From Amoebophrya sp. A120 (lineage: Eukaryota > Protista > Dinoflagellata): a stretch of 64,000 bases of DNA. Numbering within the stretch: the first letter of the stretch is position 1; every line of letters begins with the position of its first letter. Made by a program: the position numbers and the translations under genes. Location of the stretch: assembly GCA_905178155.1 (NCBI GenBank), contig CAJINV010000008.1, positions 2,356,001 through 2,420,000 of the forward strand. Reading direction: 5' to 3'. Of this stretch, positions 61,801 to 64,000 are shown piece by piece. The notes beneath the pieces are model-generated. The model did no database searches and was not told the DNA's origin. It was given only the letters and a program-made list of their open reading frames with translations.

Positions 61801-63856
61801 TCCTGTTGAACAATCTCGGGCTGGGAGATTTTTCCGCCCAACACGCCAAGACCGAGCACGACGCGCCTGCCGCAAGCCAACGAAAAAGCGGTGCAGACCG
61901 CCTTCGAGAAAGATGCCGAGAAGCTGCTCGAAAAAATCGGGCTGGGAGTTGTACTTGCTGATGCTACTACCTTTTTCTCCAGTTTCTCAATGTGCGCGCA
62001 TCCTTTAGGGATTGCAAAGGCGAAGCATGTCGCGGTTACAATCAATCGAGAATCTTTCAACAATTTTTTCTTGCAATTAGATGGCGCCACATTGTCTTTG
62101 ATTTTGTTCCGCATCCAGCCTTGCCACATGAGATGAAGGTGATGATCGATGAATTGAGAACAACAACAAACCTCTTCTAACAGACGCCCGGGAACATCGG
62201 GAATCTGACCGATGAATTTAGCGCAATGCACTGGGCCAACACGAATCAGAACGAGTTCGATGACATCACGTTCCCCTCGTATCCGTGCGAAATCTTCAGC
62301 AGCAACTTGCAGCACAGCTCAGTCAATCGCACTCGATTATTTATTGCATGTACTTACCGTCTGACTTTTCTGTCTCATCACGACCATGATCAGATGAGGC
62401 CAGCGCCAACACGTCTAAGTGTAAGCCCAAGTAATCCGACGTGAATGAAAATAGCCCAAGTTGTTGAAGGACTGGCACTAGGACTAGCACAACAAGCATT
62501 GCTTGTCAAGCAGCGCAACAAAATGCACAGCCCAGGACTGACAGTTGATGTGACTACAACATAAAAAAAAAGTCCATTCCTTTTTATCATTCCTGCGTGG
62601 CAAGGCGAACTGCGCGCTGCACTACCATTAAATACAACTTGATGGTAATATGCAGCAGCGTTTGTTCGCAGCATCAATCTGTATCTGCGTAGACGTAGAC
62701 TGCTCAAGATTTTGTGTGGATAATGAGATTATCGATCGGTTGAAGATTGTGATGGAGCCACCACCGAACAGACCCAAGGAAGCGGTGCTCGTATCCTGTG
62801 CAAAAGTATCTGATACTCGTATTGCAATCATGCATTACAAATTTTTTTCTCAAGGTAAATCCGCATTACAAATTTTATTTCTCATGCTGCAGGAATTTGT
62901 ATATGCATTTATACGAGTACGATACTTTTGCACTGCATAGCTCGAGGTGCTTGACAACGAGAAAACACAAGAACAAATCAAAACAGTCTTCAGGAGCTTT
63001 TTTCCCGAGGATGAGCTCACCGGCAAAGCCGCTGTGGTACTAATGCTACACATCTTACATATCGCTTCTGTACTAGTTCTAGTGCTTGGAAACAGTTCGT
63101 TATGAGTAAACAAGTATCTTCAACCTGACTCGAATACAAACATAAAGATGCTCATTGTATCTTCCATCTCGAGCTCGCAGAAACAATTCATTATCATTAG
63201 GGAGACTCCCGTGAGAAAAATTAAGAACGACGGTCAGGTCGTGCTTGTGACTAGCTGCCTATACTCACCTAAAAAATCAAACAGTTGACCTCCACCACTG
63301 CCCCGCCAACTGCGACGACGAGTGCGACGCTTATGAGATTGCACCACAACAACTCCTCCTCGTCCATCTCATTTGCAATTGCTATGTATAAAAATTGCAG
63401 GGCAACAACATGATGACCAGAAATAGAGGCAAGAAGAACTGCAGGACTCAGTTTAGGTTTTTGCATGACATAGACCACACCTGAACTACACGGAAAGTTG
63501 TCCTCAACCTTGCACCGAAATTTGTTACGCAAGCAGTACCGGCAAGGGAAACTGCAACATCATGTGGCGGGCCGTGTAGAAGACACCTAGAATAATATTT
63601 TGCATGGCAAGAAACTGCAAGAGGAGAGACGCAGTAGAGCAGTGAAAATGGTGCGCTCTCATAACGCCATTTGTGCCAGATGGTATGGCGAATTACGAAG
63701 ACGCAACCAACGAGGCGAGGAAGGTCGACGGGGCTGGTGGTCAAGCGGAACAGGCCGCTTTGGAGGCAGAAACCAATGCCGCAGAAAAAGCCGCTGCGAA
63801 AGGGAAAGCTGCGGCGTCTTCGAGTGCATGATAATAAAATATTTCTAGAAAGCTAA
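58855..63856 (+). CDS. Large putative secreted or membrane low-complexity protein with a Thr/Ala-rich mucin-like region (3' exons uncertain; may be two genes)
   Basis: Hydrophobic LLFSTVLLFAVLVMLLFI in ORF 58855 and Lys/Glu and Thr/Ala repeats in ORF 60300. The introner at 62792 sits in a restorable exon (KEAVLEVLDNEK). Confidence 0.5.
60894..61139 (+). repeat. 81-bp (27-aa) coding tandem repeat, 3 copies
   Basis: EETPP(S/P)E(A/R)E(A/V)DAAPEQK(K/E)EKT(M/R)K(K/E)KKT starts at 60894, 60975 and 61056. Confidence 0.9.
62792..62939. mobile_element. Introner family A
   Basis: Direct repeat gctcg at 62787-62791 and 62940-62944. TAT...ATA ends. gtgcaaaagtatc pairs with gatacttttgcac. Confidence 0.9.
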
Positions 63857-64000
63857 GCCTAAGTATTCAAGAGCACAGCCAGGGGATGTCGAGGGGTGCG
63901 ACGAGAATGACAAAGTAGTCACGCTGCTCTCTTGGAGCTGGTGCCAACCTAGCGCTAGCTTGTCGCGCGTCAAAAAAACATATTCAATTGATAAGAAGAT

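Noticed and set aside
1-64000. Autonomous transposase, reverse transcriptase or recombinase, dinoflagellate spliced-leader copies, tRNA or rRNA genes
   Set aside because: None was recognisable by eye. The enzymes mobilising these elements are presumably encoded elsewhere.

Overview
Gene-dense eukaryotic DNA, most consistent with the parasitic dinoflagellate Amoebophrya (Syndiniales); this is inferred from the intron biology and gene layout. About 16 protein-coding loci all lie on the + strand. Recognisable products are an EglN/PHD-like 2OG-Fe(II) hydroxylase, a C2H2 zinc-finger protein, a GNAT + 2 UIM protein, a signal-peptide-bearing tandem pseudokinase, a membrane RING-H2 protein, BBS4, a ubiquitin-like/ankyrin protein, a C2 + WW protein, a PKA catalytic subunit, a CAP-Gly + double CbbX/SpoVK-type AAA+ ATPase, organellar ribosomal protein uL1 and phosphoserine aminotransferase. 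Besides normal GT-AG introns I resolved 18 non-canonical introner introns (143-324 bp, about 8 TIR types). All share one grammar: a 5-bp direct repeat, TAT...ATA/ATG ends, terminal inverted repeats and multiple internal GCATNACA motifs. They occur in both orientations, and removing the element plus one direct repeat restores the host reading frame. The intergenic region 53.2-55.7 kb holds a non-coding element with split direct repeats (A1-B1-A2-B2), the layout of tyrosine-recombinase retrotransposons. It carries a hairpin minisatellite and a nested TIR element. Gene boundaries were assembled by eye without RNA data or database searches, so 5' ends in particular are approximate.
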